Shown: positions 32,116 to 42,731 of the stretch, in pieces
Position numbering within the stretch: position 1 is the first letter of the stretch
Layout of the letters: the number at the start of each line of letters is the position of its first letter
From: Mayamaea pseudoterrestris
Lineage: Eukaryota
Reading direction: 5' to 3'
Assembly: GCA_027923505.1 (NCBI GenBank)
Contig: BROI01000025.1
Location: 310,001 to 374,000, forward strand
Length of the DNA stretch: 64,000 nt
Made by a program: the position numbers and the translations under genes
The notes under the pieces: generated by a model
Databases searched by the model: none
The model's input: only the letters and a program-made list of their open reading frames with translations
What the model was told of the DNA's origin: nothing

Positions 32116-33549
32116 ATGACCATGGCGACCTCTGCGCTAACAGTAAACTCAGTCGCTAGCAAATTGCGGCTGGAGCATTTCCAGGAGCCGCTACAAGTTG
32201 ATGAGGAGACGAGTCTGCTGGGAAAGTCAAGCGACAAGCCTACGAAAGTTCGCAGGCAATGGTGGCTCGCTGCCATACCGTGCTTTTGCGTCTTGGGAGT
32301 CGGCTCCATCATGCTGCTCTTTGTTCCCGGACATCATCAGTATCATCATCACCATATCGTTCGTAGATATCGACATGAAGGTCATCATCATGGGTTTCGG
32401 CGGTCTCATCCTAAAGACAGCAATAAGCATGCGAAAAATACTGACAACGCTGAAGATAACGGATCCATTTCGGTGGCCTTTATTGGAAACTCAATGCTTT
32501 ACTTCAATGACATTCCTCGCTTTGTAGAAACACTTTCAAATGGTCGAATGACGCAAGATTCTTGTCTACACGGAGATGCCACGTTGCATAGCATTTTGGA
32601 GACTGGGAATGGCATGGCTGTCAAATTCAACACGGTGAATGCAGCAGGTGAATCTTCTCAAAACAATTCACAATTTCAGCAACCAGACCTTGGCGCATGC
32701 ACTGTTCCGATGCTCTTGTTTGGACAAGACGATCGGCTTGAAGGACAGTTGCGGGAACGTCAAGTCGAAGCAAGCCTGAATGCTAGCAGCACCAATGAAA
32801 CGTCGTACCTCAAAGACGATGGAACGAATCCCTGTTTCCAAAATGGATCTTTGTCGACCTACTACTACGACTATATCAACAAGCAAGACTCGTCAAAATC
32901 TCCTCATTACGACTATATTGTTTTGAACGACAATACGCGCAATCCAGGTCGTCCGCAGACGCAGCAATCTGGCATGAACATTCTACAATCTACATACTTA
33001 CCCTGGCTCATTGAAACCAATGCCACATTGATCTTGCTCGACACGCACGCTTACCTTGCTCCGTCTCGCAATTTGACCGAGTTTGTAAACGTTCCAACCT
33101 TTACAAGTCGCACTTTTCAGGGCTACTCGCAATATGCGAAAATGTTGGCGGAAACCTTGCCGCTCGCACAAAAGCCGCGGCTGGCACTCTCCGGCATTGC
33201 CTTTTTGTTAGTGTGGGAGGAAGACTACGAAACGTGGACAAAACTCTTTCATACGGATCAGTTGCACTGCAGCCCCATGGGTTCGTATTTGGAAGGTCTC
33301 ATGATTCATTACGCCATCTGGCAGCGCCTGCCGGATCCTACTTTGGCAATGCCAAACGACATGTCAAGTCTTTGGGCGAACGCTCGTGTCATGCAACCGG
33401 CGGACGAGCCGCCGCATCCGTTTCCGACTCGAAACCAGGCAAAGTATTTGTATCATGTGGCGGATCGTGTGGCGAAACGTGGCGTGCGACCAAAGTCGCT
33501 CGTGCTGGTAAAGGATGAACATGAAACAGTATTCGGGGCGAATCCATAG
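32116..33549 (+). CDS. Membrane-anchored SGNH/GDSL-like hydrolase or acyltransferase
   Basis: TM anchor, His-rich stem, block I FIGNSML and C-terminal D-x-x-H (TDQLHCSPMGSYL). Confidence 0.75.
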   Translation: MTMATSALTVNSVASKLRLEHFQEPLQVDEETSLLGKSSDKPTKVRRQWWLAAIPCFCVLGVGSIMLLFVPGHHQYHHHHIVRRYRHEGHHHGFRRSHPKDSNKHAKNTDNAEDNGSISVAFIGNSMLYFNDIPRFVETLSNGRMTQDSCLHGDATLHSILETGNGMAVKFNTVNAAGESSQNNSQFQQPDLGACTVPMLLFGQDDRLEGQLRERQVEASLNASSTNETSYLKDDGTNPCFQNGSLSTYYYDYINKQDSSKSPHYDYIVLNDNTRNPGRPQTQQSGMNILQSTYLPWLIETNATLILLDTHAYLAPSRNLTEFVNVPTFTSRTFQGYSQYAKMLAETLPLAQKPRLALSGIAFLLVWEEDYETWTKLFHTDQLHCSPMGSYLEGLMIHYAIWQRLPDPTLAMPNDMSSLWANARVMQPADEPPHPFPTRNQAKYLYHVADRVAKRGVRPKSLVLVKDEHETVFGANP

Positions 33550-34168
33550 AAACTAGAGTATTCAAGCGGAGGAAGATAGACTTTCAAACGGAGTCGATTT
33601 AAATGTTACTAATTGTCTTAGCGTTCAATGACCTTGCAACGATCCTTCAGTGCGTGCGGAGTTGACCAGGCCGTCCCATATTTCGTGCATGTGATAGCTT
33701 CGCGTCTCATAATGACATGACCTGGCAATTTACTATCAATGAGCTACCTGTTCGAACTGATATGATCATCATTGTTAGCAGAAGCCGGAACTATAGCTCT
33801 GGAGTCACGAAGGAGTCGTTTTTCTGGTGCCCTTGCGGGAAGATTCCGACCCTAACAAGTGGAAGATTCGATTTGGCCATGACGTGTGCTCCGGAAGAAA
33901 AAGCGTTCGACAACAACATCATACACACAGCAATACACAATCTGCTCATTCATTTGACTGCTGAAAGGGGCCTGTTTGTAGCGACTCTGAATCGAGAAAA
34001 CGCAGGAGCTGTATCGCTGAAGCTGGTTGCACATCATTCAACTTGGCGGTAAGTAACGACAATGCGACGAGCTTGATTCGTTTGGATCATACAGAAACAG
34101 AAAGCTTATGTTTCGTTGTTATTTTCTCGTCTGCTCAGCTTCACGACAAGGGACTACATTACTTTGTA

Positions 34169-37100
34169 ATGTGCAAGACGTCGGAGGAACTCGCGTCAAT
34201 GTCAAAAGTTGAACCCAAAAGCACTTTGGTCGAGTCAGTCCGTCATGTGCAGCAACCAAATGGAAGCATAGTGGGACGAGAGGTTGCTCGGATTGTCTTG
34301 CAACAATACGACTCACTAGTGTCGGCTATTCCTTCGGACCTTTCATCGACGGCTGCTTTAGCAAGTATTGACGGCCGCCTTCCCATTGACCATGGTCGCA
34401 TTCATAGTTTCGTATCAGACATGGGCCGGCAGCTGCATGAGCTTGGCATTGGGCGCAAACACCGCGTCGCTGTGATTCTGCCGAATGGACCAGAACTGGC
34501 GCTTGCAATTCTCACGATCAGTCAGTGGGCGAGCTGCGTTCCACTCAACGCTAATGGAGCCTTGAGCGAGCTGGAGGCTGACTGCAAGCGCTGCCGCGCG
34601 GATGTAATCTTGGGGCCTTGTTGTAGCACGACCAAATCTGAGGAGGCAATGTGCGGGACAGCTGTCATACAGGAGCAAGCTCGCCTTTTCAACGTTTTGC
34701 AAACAGAAGGCTATGGAACGATTGATTCTTTTGCTGGGTTTTGTCATGTCCAAAAACTTGCCAACCGGCTAGACATACCGTTTTGTGGACTAGCGGCAAG
34801 CAAAATGGAGGCTGGAGTTTTTCAGCTTCGACCTTTGTCGAATCCTTTACTGGCAAGCGAAGCACAGGGCATGGAGTCGAGAAAAGGTCTGCTGTGGAGC
34901 ATGCTTGGCGGCAAAGACAAGCCATCGGCGGTGAGTTTGGAACCGACAGAGACATCATCGCTGCTGTCGACCACTTCCTCATCGTCATCACTTGGCTCGG
35001 AAGAAAATACTTCGAACGATGACAAGGAGAGTCGGTATGCGCCGAATCAGCACGACGACGAAGTCCTTGTCTTGTTCACGTCGGGCACTACAGGGAACAA
35101 GAAATTGGTGGCGCACCGCTTGGGAGACATGCTTGTAGCGGCTGCGACGATCGCGCTGAGTTGGAACTTATCGCCATTGGATGTAAACTGCAATATGATG
35201 CCGCTCTATCACGTTGGAGGTATTGTGCGTCAAGTCTTTTCTCCTATTCTTTCTGGCGGCTGTGTGATTTGTTGCCCCGCATTTGAACCGACTTTGTTTT
35301 GGGCGTTGCTGAGAAACAGAGCGTTTAACTGGTACTACGCTGCTCCAACGATGCATAATATGATACTCCAGACAGGCAAGGAATTACTTGCGGGCGATGC
35401 AACAGTTGTAACAACCCTTAAACCAAAGCTTCGCATGATTGCGAATGCTGCTGGTGGCCTCCTGCCTGCGCTCGCCAAGGAACTAAGAGAAACGTTTGGT
35501 GCGAACGTTCTGCCTTCATATGGAATGACTGAGTGCATGCCAATTAGTTCCCCACCTTCGAATTATGCACTTGAAAAGCCAGGCACTAGTGGAGTGCCCG
35601 TTGGACCGGAGGTAGCAATTATTGATCCTGTGACCATGAGAAAGTATCCAGCAGATATGGAAGGACCTATATGCGTCCGAGGCGACCCGTGCTTTCGAGG
35701 ATATAGTCTGAACTATCTCGAGCCAGAAGGCAACGTATCGTCACCCTTCTTGGCGGACGGCTGGTTCGATACAGGCGACTTGGGATATCTCGACGTCGAT
35801 GGCTGGCTTTTCATTAGCGGCAGGTCGAAGGAAGTCATCAATCGAGGCGGCGAGCTAATTAGTCCACTGGAAGTGGAAGAAGCTGTGACTAGTCACCCAA
35901 GGATTCAATCATGCGTCGCATTCTCCGCTAGGCACGATATTTTGCAGGAAGTTGTCGGTGTTGCTGTCGTTCCTGCACCTAGCATGCCCAGACTAAGTTT
36001 GGATGAGCTACATTCATTTCTGAGCGATCGACTGGAGAATTCTAAGTGGCCTCAATGCATCGTTTTTATGGATGACCTGCCAAAGTCTTTTACGAACAAA
36101 GTATTGCGCCTCAATCTTGCTCAACGTTTGGCCCTTCCACATTTCTCGGACTCCATGTCCTCTGCGGAAAAGATTTTTGAAGCAAACTGTCCAAGGCAAG
36201 GAACGCCGCTTGATGAACACATTAAATGCAAGAAGCTCTTAGCGCAGGCATCAACCGTGGAAGCTGTGCTACGTCGAGAATTGTTACGCGACGCTGCACA
36301 AAAGATCATTGTTGTTCCGCATCCTATGCGAGCCGGATGTCTTGTCGCGCATGTTCACAAAATCGATCGCAACGAGCTGGCTACTGTAGCAAAGTCCTTG
36401 CTGGATGGTTTCATGGTCCCTAGCCATATTTGTAACATGACTTCGCCGGAAGCGTTCGTTAATTTGCCGAAGCCGTCAGATTCGATCGTGGCAATCGCCG
36501 AGGGTGGCTTCAACGGGAAGGTTGACTCCACCGAGTTAAAGGTGCGACAGATCATGATGGATATTCTTGACCTTGACTTTATTTCGTCAAAGTCCAATTT
36601 CTTTCAGCTGGGCGGCAGTTCTATGCTCGCATCCCAGTTGGCAAGCAAGATTCGAAAAGAGTTTGACGTTGGATTTACTGGAGCAGATGTTTTTCAAAAC
36701 AACAGTGTCGCAACTATGGCGGAACTCATCAACGATCGCACCGAGGGAAAAGGTTCACACTTAGCAAAAGAAGGTTATGGCGTGAACGAAGTCGGTACAA
36801 ATGCTCCATTGGCTAAACTCACGGCAGATCGACTTGAACCGGAGAACAATATACTGAAGTCGGCGTTTCAACTGATGCCCATTTGCGTGGTCCTTCCAGT
36901 CTGGCAGCTATCGCGATTCTTCTTTTACTTCATGTTGTTGCTACAAATGCTCAGAAGCGTGCCGGCGGCACAATCGCTGCTGGAACGTTTCACCTTGCTT
37001 GAATTTGACTACTACATGACTGCGCTTGTCATGACTGTCATCAGCTTTCATCTGACATGGATTTTTGTCACTCCGCTGCTTTTCGTTGTTCTCAAATGGA

Positions 37101-39274
37101 TTGTGATAGGAAAATACCGCGAAGGCAGATACCCCTTATGGAGCTGGTATTATTTGCGTTGGTGGTTTGTTGATGTCGTGCGCAAGCTGGTTGGCCGTGG
37201 CATCTGGGGCTCGAGTGAAGTCCTCTTAGCATTCTACTATCGGCTGCTTGGGGCGCGTATTGGACGTGGCGCACGCATAAGCCTTGACGCAGAAATAGCT
37301 GAGTTTGACCTCGTAACGATTGGTAGAGACGCTGCCATTGAATACGCTACGTTACGGCCATTTGGAGTTGACAATGGATGCATGATTATGGGTACTGTCA
37401 GCGTGGGTGATCGATCGAGTGTTGGATTTCGATCGGTGGTTGCTCCCTTTACCGAAGTTCCAGCGGATACGCATTTGGGGCCTGTCACGAGCAGCTATGA
37501 AGTGAGCAGTGCAGCTGATCCCGTGCATCGACGTTATAACCGACACAATTTGCCAGCACCGAGTACCATTTCACAATTTTTTATTGGGGGGCCTATTGTC
37601 CTGACAGTGAATATCTTATCGTCACTTCCTGCTTGCTTTGTGCTCTATCTTTTGGTGACCATGCCTTTCCACTATGACATCTCAGCAGGTGATCTTGGTG
37701 ACCTGATGGAGTGGCTTTGTGATGCAAGGCGCATTCCTTTCTACATTGGCATTCGAGTTGTTCGAGCTCTCGTCGCTCCATTCGTCAAAATTGGCGCCGC
37801 AATTTTCATCAAGAAATATATTGTCGGAAAGTTTGAACCTGGTTGTAGAGGTACAACCGAATGGCACCTGCTGCGCCATTGGTTAATGGCTACGCTTCTT
37901 TCACGGCAGAACATTCAGGAGGTAACTGATCTTATTGGCCGTCACTACGAGCTGGTTAGTACCTTGTATCGCTTGCTCGGCGCGCAGGTTGGCAAGCGTG
38001 TGTTTTGGCCTGGCCACCAACCCATCTTCAGTGGTGAGTTTGACCTAATACAAATCGGCGACGACGTGGTCTTTGGTTCGCGTTCAGCCATCTTCTGTGC
38101 CACGACCGATAGTTGCGAGCAGGTGATTCTTAGCGCTGGATCCAATTTGTCAGACAATTCAATTTTACTTCCTGGGTCAGTGCTCGGGAAAAATGTGGTC
38201 CTCGGTTCGAACTCGGTCGGCCCTGCGGGCTGGTATCTGCCGGAGCAGAGCACGTGGTTTGGATGCCGGGCTGGCGAGCCTGTTCTTCTTGAGCGAGGCG
38301 TTGAAGGCGACTTTATACCCCCTTTGCTTGCCAAAACCCGCAAAGTTTCCGACTTTCCGTTTCATGGTGACGCGACAACGCTTCGACCGTTTGGTAAGGC
38401 GTTTTACATGAAACAGGCACCTTACAAAGTTCTTTCGCTTGGTTTTATCATCATATATTCCTTCGCATGCAAGGCTGCCATTGTCACCTTCCATACATTC
38501 CCCGTGCTTGCCGGAATTCATGGTACAGCTGCGATTATCTACGGCTGGACGCCTGCTGATCGCGATTTTGACAGTGTCGACATTTCTGCGCCGCGGTTTT
38601 ACTTCACGTTGCTTTCGGTCATGATTGTTTCCAACCTGATTCGCATCGTAGCATGGCTTGCCATTGAATACTTCGCTAAGTGGTTCATCATTGGGCAAAG
38701 GCAGGAAGGACAGTACGATTACGACAAGTCAGACTATTGCCAGCGCTGGGAGCTCTATCAGCTCTTGGCAAAGGTTCGCAACTTTGGACGCATGAACTTG
38801 ATGGAGTTCCTCGCAGGGACGCCATTTTTGGTCACCTACTTTCGCATGTTGGGATGTCAAATTGGGAAGGACTGTTGTCTGTACCCAAGTGGAGGCGATC
38901 CGTACATGCCCGAGGTGGACTTGGTCGAAATGGGAGATGGCTGTGTCGTGGACATGGCATCGATTGTGTGTCATTTGAATACTGGTGGTCATTTTGAGCT
39001 TTGCAAGATTACCATGCAGGACAACACTACATTGCGATGTCGGTCGCGAATCCAGCAAGGCGTCGTCATGGAAACGGGAAGTATGTTGTTGGAGAAGAGC
39101 TTGGCCATGACGGGAGAAGTTTGTGATGCCGCTTCGGTGTGGCAAGGATCTCCGGCCAGTCGAGTTCACTTGTATGATCGAACAACGGTAACAAGCTTTG
39201 GTTCAAGCGATTATGGAAGTACCGGCGCCCACCAGGTAAACATGTCAGCTTCAGCGGTGCATCATGCAGCCTGA
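34169..39274 (+). CDS. Membrane-bound single-module NRPS-like enzyme (A domain - carrier domain - Pls-type terminal domain)
   Basis: A domain: LFTSGTTGNKK, PLYHVGG, SYGMTEC, GWFDTGDLG, GRSKEVINRGGE. Carrier: NFFQLGGSSMLA. Three TM + beta-helix modules beginning LKWIVIGKYREGRYPLWSWYYLRWW..RLLGARIG, IKKYIVGKF..RLLGAQVG and AKWFIIGQ..RMLGCQIG, ending WQGSPA. First ATG at 34169; the frame is open from 34043. Confidence 0.9.
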   Translation: MCKTSEELASMSKVEPKSTLVESVRHVQQPNGSIVGREVARIVLQQYDSLVSAIPSDLSSTAALASIDGRLPIDHGRIHSFVSDMGRQLHELGIGRKHRVAVILPNGPELALAILTISQWASCVPLNANGALSELEADCKRCRADVILGPCCSTTKSEEAMCGTAVIQEQARLFNVLQTEGYGTIDSFAGFCHVQKLANRLDIPFCGLAASKMEAGVFQLRPLSNPLLASEAQGMESRKGLLWSMLGGKDKPSAVSLEPTETSSLLSTTSSSSSLGSEENTSNDDKESRYAPNQHDDEVLVLFTSGTTGNKKLVAHRLGDMLVAAATIALSWNLSPLDVNCNMMPLYHVGGIVRQVFSPILSGGCVICCPAFEPTLFWALLRNRAFNWYYAAPTMHNMILQTGKELLAGDATVVTTLKPKLRMIANAAGGLLPALAKELRETFGANVLPSYGMTECMPISSPPSNYALEKPGTSGVPVGPEVAIIDPVTMRKYPADMEGPICVRGDPCFRGYSLNYLEPEGNVSSPFLADGWFDTGDLGYLDVDGWLFISGRSKEVINRGGELISPLEVEEAVTSHPRIQSCVAFSARHDILQEVVGVAVVPAPSMPRLSLDELHSFLSDRLENSKWPQCIVFMDDLPKSFTNKVLRLNLAQRLALPHFSDSMSSAEKIFEANCPRQGTPLDEHIKCKKLLAQASTVEAVLRRELLRDAAQKIIVVPHPMRAGCLVAHVHKIDRNELATVAKSLLDGFMVPSHICNMTSPEAFVNLPKPSDSIVAIAEGGFNGKVDSTELKVRQIMMDILDLDFISSKSNFFQLGGSSMLASQLASKIRKEFDVGFTGADVFQNNSVATMAELINDRTEGKGSHLAKEGYGVNEVGTNAPLAKLTADRLEPENNILKSAFQLMPICVVLPVWQLSRFFFYFMLLLQMLRSVPAAQSLLERFTLLEFDYYMTALVMTVISFHLTWIFVTPLLFVVLKWIVIGKYREGRYPLWSWYYLRWWFVDVVRKLVGRGIWGSSEVLLAFYYRLLGARIGRGARISLDAEIAEFDLVTIGRDAAIEYATLRPFGVDNGCMIMGTVSVGDRSSVGFRSVVAPFTEVPADTHLGPVTSSYEVSSAADPVHRRYNRHNLPAPSTISQFFIGGPIVLTVNILSSLPACFVLYLLVTMPFHYDISAGDLGDLMEWLCDARRIPFYIGIRVVRALVAPFVKIGAAIFIKKYIVGKFEPGCRGTTEWHLLRHWLMATLLSRQNIQEVTDLIGRHYELVSTLYRLLGAQVGKRVFWPGHQPIFSGEFDLIQIGDDVVFGSRSAIFCATTDSCEQVILSAGSNLSDNSILLPGSVLGKNVVLGSNSVGPAGWYLPEQSTWFGCRAGEPVLLERGVEGDFIPPLLAKTRKVSDFPFHGDATTLRPFGKAFYMKQAPYKVLSLGFIIIYSFACKAAIVTFHTFPVLAGIHGTAAIIYGWTPADRDFDSVDISAPRFYFTLLSVMIVSNLIRIVAWLAIEYFAKWFIIGQRQEGQYDYDKSDYCQRWELYQLLAKVRNFGRMNLMEFLAGTPFLVTYFRMLGCQIGKDCCLYPSGGDPYMPEVDLVEMGDGCVVDMASIVCHLNTGGHFELCKITMQDNTTLRCRSRIQQGVVMETGSMLLEKSLAMTGEVCDAASVWQGSPASRVHLYDRTTVTSFGSSDYGSTGAHQVNMSASAVHHAA

Positions 39275-39929
39275 TCGCTTCCCTCGCGATAGATAAAGCA
39301 ACCACAAAGGTCAAGCACAAACGTTTCGTCTCTTGCAGTAAAAGCCTCTTCTTAGGAAATACACTATCTGCCGTTGTCATTCGTAATAGCAATATTTGCT
39401 CCCCCAGCTGTCCCAGAGTCCACCCATGTACAGAGCGTCGCCATCTTTTGTCACAAAGAGACTGCAATCAAAGACTGCCAATAGTGTCAATGCAGTTGCG
39501 AAGAAGGCCATCGCGCATTGGATCGTCAGTATGGCATCGGGCGGCGGCGCCATCAATCGCAATGGAGGCAGAGTCATTTTCCAACTAACTACAACCAATT
39601 GCTTACCATGCCTTGCGAAGATTTATGGTCAAACTAGCTGGGCGATCAATAATTATTGAAAGCAGCGCTGCATCCAAGAACAATGATCACGCGGGCAGCA
39701 GTTCATCCTCATCACATATCGTAACGGTACTCAAGAAATGATACATGGATCGTAGGATGGTCGCGAGGAAGGAAGGTCCGTCTGCTGTCGTACGTCAGTG
39801 CGCGGCGGAGCCAACGAAAGAGTTCCACCCGTCAAACCTTCGTGCGCTCACATTTTTGTTCTTTCGCGTCGACGAGACGACCAAAATCCGACCAGCACAT
39901 CACAGTCCATCACAGTCCATCACCTCACC

Positions 39930-42311
39930 ATGAAGTTCAGCCATGCTGCTCTGTTAGTCGTGGCGACTGCGGCAAGCGCCGCTGCCTTTGTGCCTGCTTC
40001 CATTGCCAAGCAACGTACCTCATTCGGCCTGGTGACTGCCTCGAGGGCTCCGTCGTCGCGTCTCTTTCTCAGTGCGACGGTCGAAAAGCCAAAGGAAACG
40101 TTTGAATTCACCAGCGATGTTGGTCGAGTCATGGACTTGATCATTAACTCGCTGTATAGTGATAAGGTGAGTGTTTGGAACGGATTTTGTGTTGTGACGT
40201 TGACGAGTTTTGTGCAATCTAACAGTTAATCCCTGTTTGACAGGCAATTTTTCTGCGAGAGTTGATCTCCAACGCTGCTGATGCTTGCGACAAGAAGCGA
40301 TTCTTGAGCCTCACATCCGAAGGTGCAACCGACACCCCACCAACCATTAAAATCAAGGCGGACGAAACATCCAACACACTCATTATTGAGGACGGCGGCG
40401 TCGGCATGACTCGCGACGAACTCATCAATAATCTTGGTCGCATTGCACAGTCGGGAACGAAAGCTTTCATGGAAGCCTTGGGCGAAGGCAAGGCTGACGT
40501 CAATTTGATTGGTCAGTTTGGTGTCGGCTTTTACTCGGCGTACCTTGTCGCCGATCGCGTCGAAGTAGTCACCAAGAGCATGCAGGAAGGAGCCAAGCAA
40601 TTGCGATGGGCATCGACGGCTGACAACTCTTATACGATTGAGGATGATGACTCGGAACCAATTGAAGGATCAGGTACTCGGCTGATTTTGCATTTGAAGG
40701 ATGATGCATCCGAGTATTTGCAGTCGTCCAAGATTGAGGAACTTTTGAACCGATACTCCGAATTCATTGAGTTTCCCATTTCAGTGTGGAAGAGCAAGAC
40801 GGAATACAAGCGAGTACCCGACGAGGAAGCCAACAAGGAATTGAAGGAAGGCGAAGAGCCAAAGATGAAGACGGTTCCGGAAACGACGGAAGGATTCGAG
40901 CTCATCAACACGCAGAAACCAATTTGGCTACGACCCGTCAAGGAAGTGGAAGAGCAAGAGTACAAGGATTTTTACAAATCCGCCTTTCGTGCATCGTATG
41001 ACGAGCCAATGAAGTGGAGCCACTTTGTTTTGGAAGGCCAGGTGGAGTGCAAGGCACTACTGTACATTCCAGGCATGCTTCCATTCGAACTATCCAAAGA
41101 CATGTTTGACGAAAACTCTCGCAACATTCGTCTCTACGTTAAGCGCGTCTTTATCAATGACAAGTTTGAGGACCTCATGCCGCGATGGCTCAAGTTTGTC
41201 CGCGGCGTTGTCGATAGCAATGATTTGCCGCTGAACGTGAGCCGTGAGATTCTGCAAAAGTCAAAGGTCTTGTCGATTATTAACAAGCGCTTGGTCCGCA
41301 AATCACTTGATATGATCCGAGAGATTGCCGAAGACGAAGACAAGTCCAGGTACATTATGTTTTGGAACAACTGTAAGTTTTCGCTCGCATCAGTGGACAG
41401 TTAAACCACGTGACGACTAAGTCTGACATGCCAGCTTTTACCTTCTCAATTCAGTCGGCAAGTACTTGAAGGTCGGTATTATCGAGGACGACAAGAACAA
41501 GAAGGACATTGCTCCTCTTCTTCGCTTCTTCTCAAGCAAGTCCACGGAGGAGTACACATCATTGGACAATTATGTCGCTGCCATGCCGGAGGGTCAAAAA
41601 GCAATCTACTACGTTACGGGTGATGGCGTCGAGAATGCTTCCATGTCACCGGTGATTGAAAAGCTAAAGTCGCGAGGATACGAAGTCCTTTTTGCGACGG
41701 AACCATTGGACGAAATCATGATGGAAGGTCTCCGCAGTTACAAGGAGAAGGATATCATTGATGCAGCCAAGGAAAATTTGAAACTTGACGACGACGAAGA
41801 GGCTGCAAAGAAAAAGGAGCAACTAAGAGAGGAATACAAGGAAGTCGTTGACTACCTTGAGGTGCTTTTGAAGGACAAGATCCAAAAGGTTGTGGTTAGT
41901 GATTTACTTGTTGACTCTCCAGCGGCACTTGTTCAAGGTGCCTATGGCATGAGCCCCACCATGCAGCGCTACATGAAAGCTCAGGCAGTTGCATCTGGAC
42001 AAGCTGGCGGCTTTCCTGACATGAACAAGGCAGTTCTTGAAATCAATCCGAAACACGCAATCATCAAGGACATTGATCGTCTGGTGCAATCGGGCGATAA
42101 GGACTCGCAAGAACTGAAAGACTGTGGACTGCTCATGTATGACGTTGCAGCCATGACTAGTGGATACGATGTTCCAGATATGAAAGAGTTTGCCAAGCGC
42201 GTCCTTCAGTTAATGGATGACAAGGTGACAACAGCAGCGTCGGAGTCTGGCGAGACCGAGGAGCTTGAAACGAAAGATGCTGAGCTTGTGGATGACTCCG
42301 TACTCGAGTAA
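39930..42311 (+). CDS. HSP90: Plastid HSP90 (HSP90C/HtpG-type), three exons: 39930-40166, 40244-41372, 41455-42311
   Basis: MKFSHAALLVVATAASAAA-FVP presequence. IINSLYSDK|AIFLRELISNA, IGQFGVGFYS, DLPLNVSRE, FWNN|FGKYLK are restored across two GT..AG introns. No MEEVD or KDEL at the C-terminus. Confidence 0.95.
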
Positions 42312-42489
42312 AAAGCTAGATTACAAATTATAAGTATAAATTGCATTTATTGCACAATAAACACCAGTAGATTTTATTAGCGAGTGAGGTAAGAGGCATC
42401 GAGGTGAAAGAAGATGATCAGGGTCCATGTCAGCTTCTGCTCCAATCCACAGGACACTCCATTACGGAACAGCTCTTGTCCATGGACTG

Positions 42490-42700
42490 TCAACCAACGA
42501 CTCTCTCCTTCCATGTTTCCCATACGGCAAACTTGAGCGCCCCGCCACTTCCATCGGCCAGCGCATACACCAGGAAGCCACTATAAAAGCCTGCGACTCC
42601 GGATTTCTCGAACAAGAATTGCGCTGTTTCCAAAAAGCTCTTGCCCAAGCCTGTATTCTTTTGCTGCGAGGTTTTCGAGCAGCCAATGGGGGCATGTTCA
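42490..42700 (-). pseudogene. Mitochondrial carrier (SLC25) gene fragment
   Basis: APIGCSKTSQQ (degenerate PxDxxKT)...SFLETAQFLFEKSGVAGFYSG....ADGSGGALKFAVWETWK then stop; only about one carrier repeat. Confidence 0.6.
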
Positions 42701-42731
42701 TCAAGCAGGTTGTCGCGTCTGATAGCAGTAC

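Noticed and set aside
33717..34052. 111-aa ORF between the SGNH gene and the NRPS-like gene
   Set aside because: No motifs or coding-like composition; probably promoter or 5' UTR sequence.
39377..39598. Short hydrophobic ORF downstream of the NRPS-like gene
   Set aside because: Could be a membrane-protein relic, but there is no recognisable family or consistent gene model.
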